Source: an uncultured Candidatus Rokubacteria bacterium (GTDB lineage: Bacteria > Methylomirabilota > Methylomirabilia > Rokubacteriales > DASRDR01). Taken from it: a stretch of DNA of 64,000 nt. Within the stretch, counting starts at the first letter, position 1. Every line of letters begins with the position of its first letter. Position numbers and translations under genes: made by a program. The notes under the pieces were generated by a model. The model did not search any database. It had not been told where the DNA came from and saw nothing but the letters and a program-made list of their open reading frames with translations. Location: contig CAWDVE010000014.1 in the NCBI GenBank assembly GCA_963805625.1, forward strand, positions 32,001 through 96,000. The letters run 5' to 3'. Below, piece after piece: positions 41,265 to 50,421 of the stretch.

Positions 41265-42698
41265 ATGACAAAACGTCGCATCGCTCTGTTCGGTGCCCTC
41301 GCGCTCGTGCCGCTTGGTTGGCTGGGATACGGGGAGGCTCGAGCCCAGTCCGGACCCCCCACCCCGCCGAAGGTCTATGTCGGGCTTTTCAAGGACAACG
41401 CGGTCGCGGTCGTGGATCCCGCGGGCCACCGCGTTCTCGCTACGATCCCAGTGCCACCCGGGCCCCACGGCCTCGTCATCACTCCAGATGGGCGGAAGGT
41501 CTATGTCAGCAGCGACGGCGCGTCCACGGTGAGCGTTATCGACACGACCGCCGACCGGGTCATCGCGAGCGTCGACGTCGGGGCGAACCCTCACGGGCTC
41601 ACCATGTCACGCGACGGACGTGAGGTCCTCGTGTCGGGCTTCGGCACCAACCAGGCGCTGATCGTGGACACCGGCAGCGACCGCGTGGTCGGACGGGTCC
41701 CGGTGGCACAGCCCCACAACGGCGCCCTCTCCCCAGATGGCCGTACCGCGTTCATCGGCTCGCAGCAGCAGGGGGCGACCGCACTCGTGATCCTCGACCT
41801 CGTCGGCTGGAACGAGATCGGGCGGATTCCGCTCGACCGGACGCCCCGCGCTCTCGACGTGAGTCCCGACGGCAAGTGGCTCTACCTGACGCTGGCCGGC
41901 TCCGACGCTGTCCAGGTGTTCGACGCGTCCACCCGGCAGCTCGTCGGACAGGTCGCGGTGGGTGCTTCTCCACACTTCCCGCTCTTCACGCCGGACGGCG
42001 GCGCCAGCCTCGTGGTGAGCCAGGGACCGGGCGAACTCGCCGTCCTCGACCCGTCGACGAAGTCGGTGAGGGCCGTCGTCACAGTGGGCACGACGCCTCA
42101 CTGGGTGGCCGCCAGTGGCGATGGGCGCACCGCCTACGTCTCCAACGAGGGCTCGAACGACATCTCCATCGTCGATCTTGACGGCCGCACGGTCGTGGCA
42201 ACGGTCACCGTGGGCATGGCGCCGCGCAAGATCGCGGTCCAGCCCGGTTCCGCCGCGAGAGCTGGAGGCCCCGCCGCCGTCGCCGTGACGGCGGCGAAGC
42301 CGTTGAAGCTGGGCAACCTGACCTTCGCCGATCACGGGACGAAGGATGTGAGAGGTCAAGCGGACGTGGAAGTCGAGGCGGACGACTACTATTTCAGCCC
42401 CACCTTCGTGCGGGGCGTACCGGGGCAGAAGCTCAGTGTCGAGGTCGAGAACGAATCCAGCACCCTCCACAACTTCAGTGTCCCGGGTCAGGCGATCGAT
42501 AGGGACGTTCCGCCTAAGGGGACGATGAAGGTGGACGTGGTGTTCCCAGCGTCGGGCGTCGTGGGCTTCCACTGCAAGTTCCACTCTGCCCTCGGCATGA
42601 ACGGGGAGCTGCTCGCGGGCGACGCCGCTCCCCAGCGGCTGTCCCAAAGTCATCACGGGTCCGCGGGTACGGCGCGCAACGCCGTTACGGTCGACTGA
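41265..42698 (+). CDS. Exported YVTN beta-propeller protein with C-terminal cupredoxin domain
   Basis: Signal peptide; repeated PHG..(T/S)PDG..YV blades; HNF...CKFH...M type-1 Cu ligand pattern; AAGGAGG RBS. Confidence 0.88.
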   Translation: MTKRRIALFGALALVPLGWLGYGEARAQSGPPTPPKVYVGLFKDNAVAVVDPAGHRVLATIPVPPGPHGLVITPDGRKVYVSSDGASTVSVIDTTADRVIASVDVGANPHGLTMSRDGREVLVSGFGTNQALIVDTGSDRVVGRVPVAQPHNGALSPDGRTAFIGSQQQGATALVILDLVGWNEIGRIPLDRTPRALDVSPDGKWLYLTLAGSDAVQVFDASTRQLVGQVAVGASPHFPLFTPDGGASLVVSQGPGELAVLDPSTKSVRAVVTVGTTPHWVAASGDGRTAYVSNEGSNDISIVDLDGRTVVATVTVGMAPRKIAVQPGSAARAGGPAAVAVTAAKPLKLGNLTFADHGTKDVRGQADVEVEADDYYFSPTFVRGVPGQKLSVEVENESSTLHNFSVPGQAIDRDVPPKGTMKVDVVFPASGVVGFHCKFHSALGMNGELLAGDAAPQRLSQSHHGSAGTARNAVTVD

Positions 42699-42819
42699 TG
42701 AGGCAGAGCATGCTCGCAGCACCGAGACCTCGCGTGCCTGACGGACGAGCCGGCCCGCGACGTTCAGCGGGTCTGGCCAACGACCAGGTGACCCGGCCGA
42801 TGACGAGGGCGCGTGGCTC

Positions 42820-43170
42820 AGGATAGGACTGGCCTTCCCGCAGGAGCTGTCGCATCTCCGTCGTCAGGGTCCTCAGGCGGTCCTTCACCCGGACCGCTTG
42901 CGCCACCTAGTCAGCGGTCAGAAGAGCCCGCACCTCGCCGGCCACCTTGGCACTTTCCTGCGGCAGCCGCTCGCGCAGCCGGGTGATGCGCTGGAGCAAA
43001 GGCTGTGGATCCGCCGACTGGACGGGGCCCGCAGCAAAGAGCTTGTCGGCCACCTCGTCCTGCGCCTGCCGCAGTTGCTCGGTCAGGCTCTGGATAGCTC
43101 CACGATGGACCGAGAGGACGTCTCGCATCTTGGATTGCTGATCGGGGGTCAGATGCGCCCCTGCAGGAGG
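42820..43170 (-). pseudogene. Spy/CpxP-like (LTXXQ) protein fragment with internal TAG at 42907
   Basis: LTPDQ...ALLTAD*VAQAVRVKDRLR. Confidence 0.6.
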
Positions 43171-43359
43171 AGGGGGGTCGCCCTGTCCGCTGGATCCAGG
43201 CTTGGCTCGCCCCCCGCCTTCCGGCTGAGCGCGCGTGTGTGCCCTCGATAACAGGGGTCGCCAGGCCCTTGAGTCTTCAGGATGCTCCCTCTTGGCGGCC
43301 TGACGTTGCTTCTCGGTCGTCATCGCGTCGTCTCCTTCTGGACCTGGTCGGTCGAGCGG

Positions 43360-43476
43360 CCTCCGGATATCGCGAAGCGGGGCAGGCACAGCCAGTCCAT
43401 GGAGCCGTCCCGTCCCACGAGCGCCGCGGTCTCGCAGTCTTCGACCAGCGCATAGTCCTCGATCCGTCCTGCCATG
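43360..43476 (-). pseudogene. Glycoside hydrolase family 15 N-terminal fragment
   Basis: [30 protein letters not shown]. Confidence 0.75.
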
Positions 43477-43840
43477 ATCGATTGCGGTTCGAACGCGCGC
43501 GCCCCTCAAGTGCGAAGGGCGCATCCCTCCCCGAGCATCCGCGTGCGATGCGGCGCGAATGTCCGAGGAAGGCGCATGGGCCAGGTCGCGGCCGCCGCGC
43601 CGGGAAAGCCTCATCGCCCACCACCACTCCGTGGTGACCCTTCAAGATTGAGGGAGCGAACGCCGGAGCGCATAGAAGGGGGACGTTGCGAGGTAGGCCA
43701 TCGCGGCTGATCCTGGCCGCCCTGGTACGCTGGGGGCTGCAAGCCGAGCTCGTGCCAGCTCGGACTTGCGACGAAGACGTCTCCCCGGACGAGGAACAGT
43801 TCACCTTTGCCACGGATGCCGGCAGCGTGCTCGTGACTCG

Positions 43841-44104
43841 TTACCGCGCGAAACCGAGGGCCATCGCGCGGCGGAGGACCTGGAGGTCGTAGTACATGGA
43901 CGACAGGATGAGCGGGCCCGGCAGACGGACCCCCGCGAGGTCCACGGCGAGCCTGGGGTCGTCCACGGCCAGGGCCCGGAGCGGCGTCAGCGGGAGCGTG
44001 CGGAAGAGCGCCTGACCGACGCGTACCGCGGTGGCCTCGGGGAGCCGCGAGAGGAGGCCGCCGTAGAGGACCCAGTAGAACCGTTCGGCGACGGGGAGGA
44101 GCAT
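43841..44104 (-). pseudogene. Dihydroorotate dehydrogenase-like N-terminal fragment
   Basis: LPEATA..DPRLAVDLAGVRLPGPLILS..LGF, then truncated. Confidence 0.5.
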
Positions 44105-44178
44105 CGAGCCCGGGGAAGGATACAATGGAGGCCGCGGCGTCGCAACGACGACGCCGCGCGATGGGTGACGAGAGCGTA

Positions 44179-44706
44179 ATGGACACCCCACGGTTCGTCG
44201 CCGACGTGATGCTCGGCCGGCTTGCCCGCTGGCTCCGCGCCCTCGGCTACGACACGCTCTACTACCGCGACGCGCCCGATCGACGCCTCCTCGCGCTCGC
44301 CCTCGCCGAGCGGCGCCGGCTCCTGACACGGGATGCCGCCCTCGCCCGCCGCGCGCGGGATGCCGGGCTCCTCGTGCGCGCTGAGGGGCTGGACGCCCAG
44401 ATCGAGGAGGTCGCGCGGGGCTGCGGCCTTACCGGCGGCCGCCCCCTGTCGCGGTGCCTCGAGTGCAACGGCCTCCTCGCGCCGAGCCTGCCCGAGGCGG
44501 TGCGGGACCGCGTCCCGCCGTACACCTTCGCGACCCGGCGGGAGTTCTGGACCTGCGGCGGCTGCGGCCGGGTATTCTGGGCCGGCACGCACGTCGAGGG
44601 GATCCAGCGCCGGCTCAGCCGTATCTTGGAGACAGCTGGGGACAGCGGGCGCGACGCGCGGGGTGCCGCGGAACCGCCGCTTGACGCCCGACCATCTTGC
44701 TTCTAG
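44179..44706 (+). CDS. Mut7-C RNase (PIN-fold) domain protein
   Basis: ADVMLGRLARWLRALGYD, LLTRD, RCLECN, CGGCGRVFWAGTH. Confidence 0.9.
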   Translation: MDTPRFVADVMLGRLARWLRALGYDTLYYRDAPDRRLLALALAERRRLLTRDAALARRARDAGLLVRAEGLDAQIEEVARGCGLTGGRPLSRCLECNGLLAPSLPEAVRDRVPPYTFATRREFWTCGGCGRVFWAGTHVEGIQRRLSRILETAGDSGRDARGAAEPPLDARPSCF

Positions 44707-44834
44707 AGTTGCGGCCGGCGGAAGGCTCGTCTTGCTCAAGGGCGTTCCGCCACCCCACCATTTCCTTCCAATCGGGTCGAAGAGAAGTGTACGGTATTCA
44801 TCCGCCGTTGCCACGAGAGGCTCGGGATCGACCA

Positions 44835-45873
44835 CACGACGCTGATCAAGGTCTTCCCGAGCACGGTCAACCCGTCCTGGATCGCGTTCGATCCGAGCAA
44901 TCGCTTCCTGTACTCGGCGAACGAGATCAGCAACTTCAACGGCACCACGACCGGCTCGGTGTCGGCCTACGCCGTCAACGCGGCGTACGGAGACCTGACC
45001 CTCCTCAATACCGTGACCTCGGGCGGCGCCGGCCCCGCGCACCTGAGCGTGCATCCGTCGGGGCAATGGGTGTTCGTCGCCAACTACTTCGGCGGGAACG
45101 TGGCGGTGCTCCCCGTTCAAGGGGACGGGAGCTTGGCCAATCCGAGCGACGTCGTGAGCGACAACACGGCATGTACGCCCGCCTGCCCGGTGGGACCGAT
45201 TCATGCGGCCAACGCGCCGCCGGGCAGCTTCGCCATCAGCGGCCACGACGCGCCGCACGCGCACATGATCCAGACCGATCCTGCGGGGAACTTCGTGATC
45301 GCCAACGACCTGGGGCTCGATCTCACCATCGTCTGGACGCTGGACAAGGTCAACGGCACACTGACCAACCACCAGACCGTGGCGTCATCGGCGGGCGCGG
45401 GGCCACGCCACTTCGCCTTCCATCCCAACGGGATCTGGTTCTACTCGCTCAACGAAGAGGCCTCCACGATCGCCTTCATGACCTACAACGCCACGACCGG
45501 CAGGTTGACCCCCGTCCAGGAGATCTCGACCCTGCCCGACGAGTTCGTCGGCACCAACTTCACGTCGGAAGTGCTGGTCTCGCAGGACGGCAAGGTCGTC
45601 TACGCGGCCAACCGCCTCCACGACACGATCGCCAGTTTCTCGATCGACCAGACCGGCGCGCTGACGCTGGTCGGGGAGGAATGGACCCGGGGCGATTATC
45701 CGCGCAGCTTCAACATCGATCCTACCGGCCGCTTCATGTACGTCTGCAACCATCGGGGGGACAGCGTCACCGCCTATCGGGTCCATCAGGGATCGAGCAA
45801 GCTGACGTTCACCGACCAGTACACCCCGGTGGGCAGCCCCGCCGTGATCACCTTCCTCACGCTCGGAACGTAG
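44835..45873 (+). pseudogene. Lactonase (6-phosphogluconolactonase-like beta-propeller), 5' truncated
   Basis: NPSW, GPAHLS, ANYFGG, PHAHMI, GPRHFAF, ANRLHD, PRSF; signal peptide and first blade missing. Confidence 0.8.
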
Positions 45874-45874
45874 A

Positions 45875-46124
45875 GTCGTTGACCGCATATTTGAGCCGGT
45901 CAGAGCGCATGACCGTGATGATGTAGTGGCCATTGCTGTCAAAGAAGGCCACGCCTTTTGGATTGGGGCCAAACGTGTGCAACCTGCTGCCATCCGGGCG
46001 CACAATTTCATGGGACACCAGCGTCCAGGTTCCTAGGAGTTGCTCCTTGAGTGACTCTTGCTGACCGACTGCACTACCTGGGAGCTGTAATCGCAGAGAG
46101 ACTGAGAATGCTACACCGATTCAT
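45875..46124 (-). pseudogene. Lipocalin-like domain fragment
   Basis: LKEQLLGTWTLVS..FGPNPKG..FDSNGHY. Confidence 0.6.
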
Positions 46125-46169
46125 TGGCGCCTCCTTGCCTGGGACGTATCCTATTGCTGCGGATTCCAT

Positions 46170-46450
46170 GCTTCAGCTGCCGAATAATTCGGTCCGTGCT
46201 CTCCAGGTCCTCCTTGAGCTGCTGCGGGTTGACGAAGTTCTCGGTGTAGCGGCCTTCCTGGGCACGATGCCGGCGAGCTGGGGCGCCCCCTCTAGATCTC
46301 CGGGTGCGCGGGGAAATACTCGGCCTGCGCCATGATCTGCCGACCTTCGCGGCTGAGCATGAAGTCGGTCAGTAGCATCGCGGCGTGCGGATGCTTGGCG
46401 CCCTTAAGCACCGCCAGCGTGCCGGCGGCGCTTGGCACCGGGTCCATGAG
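46170..46450 (-). pseudogene. Extracellular solute-binding protein C-terminal fragment
   Basis: LKGAKHPHAAMLLTDFMLSREG. Confidence 0.6.
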
Positions 46451-46964
46451 CTGCGAGTGAACGGCGGTCCTAGCCACCTTTCTATTCGGGCTTGGACCCG
46501 TAGAAGATGCGGGCACGCCCCATAGGCGGGCGACGAGCCGGGGCCGGTCGGTGTAGACCGCGAGCGACGCTGCGTCGTGGTACTCGAGGCGCCCATACCG
46601 GCCCGGGATGATCGGCCAGCCCTCATCGTCGAGGCGGACGCGGAAGCGATGTGGGGCGGCGAGTGCCGCGAAGGTTGGGCGGGACGTCATGGACGCGGGG
46701 ACTCCCTCCGTTTCGTTCGTTCGGCCGTCCTTGGATGCACGGGGCCATTGGCGGGGCTTCTGGCCTTCTTCAACAAGCGCTGTCGGCGGGCCTGGATCAG
46801 GGTGGCGACCTGGGGGAGCGCGAAGCCGGCCAGCCCGAAAGGAGCTGGCCGACTCTCACACATCGCTACTCGCTCGCTGCGTTGTTACGCTGCGCCTCCA
46901 TGAACCGCTTCTCATCGGCGGGCGTCTCGCCCAGGAGCTCGGCATGGGAGGCCGAGGCGGAGGA

Positions 46965-47225
46965 TCATTCCCGACGTGAGCCGCGCGGGGCACCCGGGCG
47001 TGGTCGTCCCCCCGCTCCCGGGGCTGGACCTGTCGGGGTCGCCTTCGGCGGGGTCGTCGCCCGCTTAATCGGTGTCTTCTTGGCGCGCCGGTGGGCCGCG
47101 GCGGTAGCGTCCATGACCTTGCACCAGCACTGTAGGTGGTAGCTGCGGCCAACGCGGTCCATCAGGACCGTGCCCCCCTCCACGCCCAAGCGCTTCGAGC
47201 ACGCTGTGCACTTGTTCCGGATCAT
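46965..47225 (-). CDS. Small putative zinc-finger protein
   Basis: CTAC-x17-HLQC followed by a basic tail. Confidence 0.5.
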   Translation of the reverse strand: MIRNKCTACSKRLGVEGGTVLMDRVGRSYHLQCWCKVMDATAAAHRRAKKTPIKRATTPPKATPTGPAPGAGGRPRPGAPRGSRRE

Positions 47226-47794
47226 CGCGGTGTCCGGGAAGCCGCCTCCGCGGGACATAAATCAGGGGGGTGAGCCGTGGTCCGCCGGCGGTTCACTGAA
47301 CGGTCCGGCAGCCGCGCGCGTATCATGAAGGGTCGTCGGGGCCGCGTCGATCCGCCCGCTCGAGCCGCTGCTGGCAGGCCCGATGACCGCACGGCTGCTG
47401 CCCTCGCAGCCCGCCACGAGGCACGCGCCGACACTGAGGCATGGCTGTCCACCGGATCGTCACATCCGTCGTGCCCCCTGTGAAGACTGCCGTCTGGACG
47501 GGGCAAGAAGCATGCCTGGTGAGCGGGGCTTGTGCGCGGGTCCCGACGGCTCCAGGAGATGCGCCGCAGACTCAGCAGGGTGCCGGCGCCGGGCTCGGAT
47601 CAAGTCAACGCAGCGCGGCGTTCTGGTCGGCACGCCCGTGGGCTCTGGTGGCGGTGACGCAGGGGGGCACCAGCTCGCCGAACTTTGGTCGAGGGGCCGC
47701 CCGTGGCCCGCCCGGTCACACCCAGCTCGCCAGCTCCAGAAAGCCCTGGTGGGCCGCCGGCGGTGGCATGTCGTTCGCACAACCTTCCGACGCG

Positions 47795-48184
47795 ATGAGC
47801 ACACTGCTCCTGATCAACGCCGAGCGGGGCCCCGACTCGCCGGAACCCGGGCGGCCCGTGCCGCGGCAGGGCCCGAGCATGCGGGGCGCGCTACAGCGTG
47901 TCGGCTACGAGGTCGTGGAGGTCGGGAACGCCGCGGGCGCCTTCGCGCGCCTCGACGATCGGCCCGACCTCATCGTGGTCTCGAGCGCCGTGCCCGACAT
48001 GGATCTCGTCGCCCTCTGCACCGCGCTCCGGAAGGATCCCGTTGCCGAGAAGGTCCCGTTCGTCCTCGTCGCCGACGCGGCGGCCCAGACCGGCGGCGCC
48101 GCCACCCGCTCGGGCGCGGACCTCGTGTTCCCGGCCAGCCTGGGCGCGGTCGAGGTCGCCGACCGCCTGCGGCGGCTCTTCTAG
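47795..48184 (+). CDS. Atypical single-domain receiver protein
   Basis: GYEV, PDLIVVSSAVPDMD (phospho-Asp position is Ser), GADLV. Confidence 0.65.
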   Translation: MSTLLLINAERGPDSPEPGRPVPRQGPSMRGALQRVGYEVVEVGNAAGAFARLDDRPDLIVVSSAVPDMDLVALCTALRKDPVAEKVPFVLVADAAAQTGGAATRSGADLVFPASLGAVEVADRLRRLF

Positions 48185-48339
48185 AATCGGGCGACCGAAC
48201 TACGCCCGCGTGGCGTCCCGGCGGCGTCGCGCCAGATGGGGGGGTCATGGGCGGGAACCCAGCGTGCGCCCCTGCGGGGGATTCGCGACGTCCCGCGTCC
48301 TCTGCGACCGCTGGCCTGCCCGCGCCGGCGGCAGGCAAG

Positions 48340-48687
48340 CGGGCGTGGTCGCGCCACGCCGGTTGAGCGCCAGCACCAACGAGCGCGAGACGGCGCCGGA
48401 TCGGATCTCGCCACACGACGCGGAGCGTCCGCAGCGCGGCATCCCACTCGGGGTCGCGGACCGACGCGCGCGGGGCACGCCCATTTAGGAGCCAGTCGAC
48501 GGAAACGCCGCCGGCTTCCGCGATCCGTGCCAGGCGCGCGCTCTTCGGCACGCGGCCATTCGCGTTCGTACTCGATCAGTGCGTTCCGGGAAATCCTCGC
48601 GTGACGAGCGAAGGCAACCTGGGAGTGCCCGCGGCGCTGGCGGCGCATGGCAATCCGGCGGCCGGCGTTGGCGGCGTCGTGAGACAC
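48340..48687 (-). pseudogene. XRE-family HTH regulator, frameshifted
   Basis: SQVAFARHARISRNALIEYE / PKSARLARIAEAGGVSVDWLLNG. Confidence 0.7.
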
Positions 48688-48689
48688 GG

Positions 48690-49055
48690 CTAGTCGCTGA
48701 TCTCGCCCCGCACCGTGGGGACGGCGGGCGAATCCGGCCGTACCAGTACGAAGCCGAGCGCCCACCAGGTGTCCGGCATGCGTCGGCGTCGCTCGGCCTG
48801 TCGGCGTTCAGGCATCCGCGACGCAGGCGTCTGGCGACGCTCCATCCGTCTCGCGTCGAGGAACAGGTTCTCGACCTCCGCTCGGCGGCGGTCCACACGT
48901 CGCCACTCCACGGACGCCGCGCGGTCGGGACGCCGCCGATCGCCGATCCGGCGATCCCAGATGAGCTCCACGTCGCGGCCGAACTGGGGGGCCAACGTCT
49001 GGACGAGTTGGAAGGTCTGGCCGGCAGTGCGGCTCACGACAATGAGGATCGCCAT
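48690..49055 (-). CDS. Hypothetical protein with repeated (D/E)RR..(D/E)RR motifs
   Basis: LIVVSR..VELIWDRRIGDRR...ERRQAERRR..WWALGFVLVR. Confidence 0.7.
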   Translation of the reverse strand: MAILIVVSRTAGQTFQLVQTLAPQFGRDVELIWDRRIGDRRRPDRAASVEWRRVDRRRAEVENLFLDARRMERRQTPASRMPERRQAERRRRMPDTWWALGFVLVRPDSPAVPTVRGEISD

Positions 49056-49269
49056 CCCGTCGATCCCGACCCTAACAGAGAGCCGACCCCTGCGCCAGAC
49101 GGGCTCCTCGATCTCTGAAGTCGCTCCGTCCGCCGTCCGCCCGCCGAGTTTTCGGCCCGCCTCCGACGTGAGGTGACGCTGGCGGTGGGCCTGAATCAGG
49201 GCGGCCACCTTCGGGTTGGCCCGGAGGTGGGTCCGGAGGAGATCGGCGAGTCTGGCCCCTCTGAGGATC

Positions 49270-49445
49270 CTGACGTGATCTCGGTGAGCGGGGCCGGCTT
49301 ACCCTGGACTCGAATCTGGGTCCCGTCATCCACCTGCACCGTCGTTCCCAGGAGACCGAAGAGCCCGGTAGAGACCCCCACCGTCTTGCCCATCGCGTCG
49401 ACCTTGCTGACCGTTCCCTCGACCTGTCGCTCCTGGGGCATCATC
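49270..49445 (-). pseudogene. DUF5666-like OB-fold fragment
   Basis: QVEGTVSKVD..TVQVDDGTQIRVQGK..L.EI. Confidence 0.45.
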
Positions 49446-49658
49446 TCAGCTGGGGATATTGGGTCGCGAACGGATACGGCGCCGCCTGGGCGCCCGACCC
49501 CGTCAGGCGGGCATGAAGCGACGACTTGCCCGCATTCGGTGGCCGAAGGTCCAACGGGCCACCGCCACCCGCCCGCTACAGATTCCGGAGCAGAGCGTTC
49601 AATTGTGTCCCCGCTGTTGAGCGGGCCCGTCCGGCTAGACGCCACGATCGCCCCGCAC

Positions 49659-50270
49659 TCATGGCGGCCGGAGCAGCCGGCGGAAGGTCAGGCTAATCCG
49701 TTCGCTCTGAAGCCCGGGCTGGCGCGGCACGCCATGCACGTAGTGACGCTGGCACGTTCCACCCATGATGAGGAGGCTCCCGTGGCCCAGGTCCAGGTCA
49801 TGCCGCTGTCGCATGTCTTTTCGGCGAGGCCGGATGACGAGCCGCCGGGACGTACCGAGCGACACAATCGCCACCACCGGATCCTCGCCGAGCTCGGGCT
49901 CGTCGTCGGCATGAAGCCCCATGCGGTCGTCGCCGCTCCGGTAGCGGTTCGCGAGGACGTGGTTGAAGGGCACTCCGGTCAGCCCGCAGGCGCGCGCGAG
50001 GAGCCCTCGGGCTGCCGGTGTGAACGGCCGCGGCTCGAGCGTCTGCCCCGAGTAGCGATAGCCGACGTCGCCGGCCCAGGCGATCAGGCGAGGCTGGAGG
50101 ATCCTCCGCCCAAAGAGCACGATCTCACGCTGCTCCCAGGGCAGCTCCTCGCGAAGGGCCGCCAAGACGGCATCGGCCTCCCGGGGTGGAAGCCACATCG
50201 GTTCGTGGTCGAGCCAGGCGCCGAATGCGAGCGACATGCGCATGTCGAATGGGCCGCCGTTCGGATACAC
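49659..50270 (-). CDS. AlkB-family (ALKBH2/3-like) 2OG-Fe(II) dioxygenase
   Basis: QPRLIAW, NRYRSG.D.MGLHADDE, HGVP, RISLTFR. Confidence 0.9.
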   Translation of the reverse strand: MYPNGGPFDMRMSLAFGAWLDHEPMWLPPREADAVLAALREELPWEQREIVLFGRRILQPRLIAWAGDVGYRYSGQTLEPRPFTPAARGLLARACGLTGVPFNHVLANRYRSGDDRMGLHADDEPELGEDPVVAIVSLGTSRRLVIRPRRKDMRQRHDLDLGHGSLLIMGGTCQRHYVHGVPRQPGLQSERISLTFRRLLRPP

Positions 50271-50421
50271 GTGGGCAGCTCCACGCCTATCATAGGGTCA
50301 TGAACGGTTGCCTGCCCCTCGTCAGGTTCGCGCCGCTGCTCGATGACAACCCCGCGGTTCGCTCGGGCAAGAGGGTCCCGCCCTACGAGCTGGCGAGATC
50401 AGGACCGCCTTTTCGCCCTGA

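Noticed and set aside
44179-44706. Mut7-C PIN protein as the toxin of a TA pair
   Set aside because: No adjacent antitoxin; it is divergent from a metabolic gene fragment.
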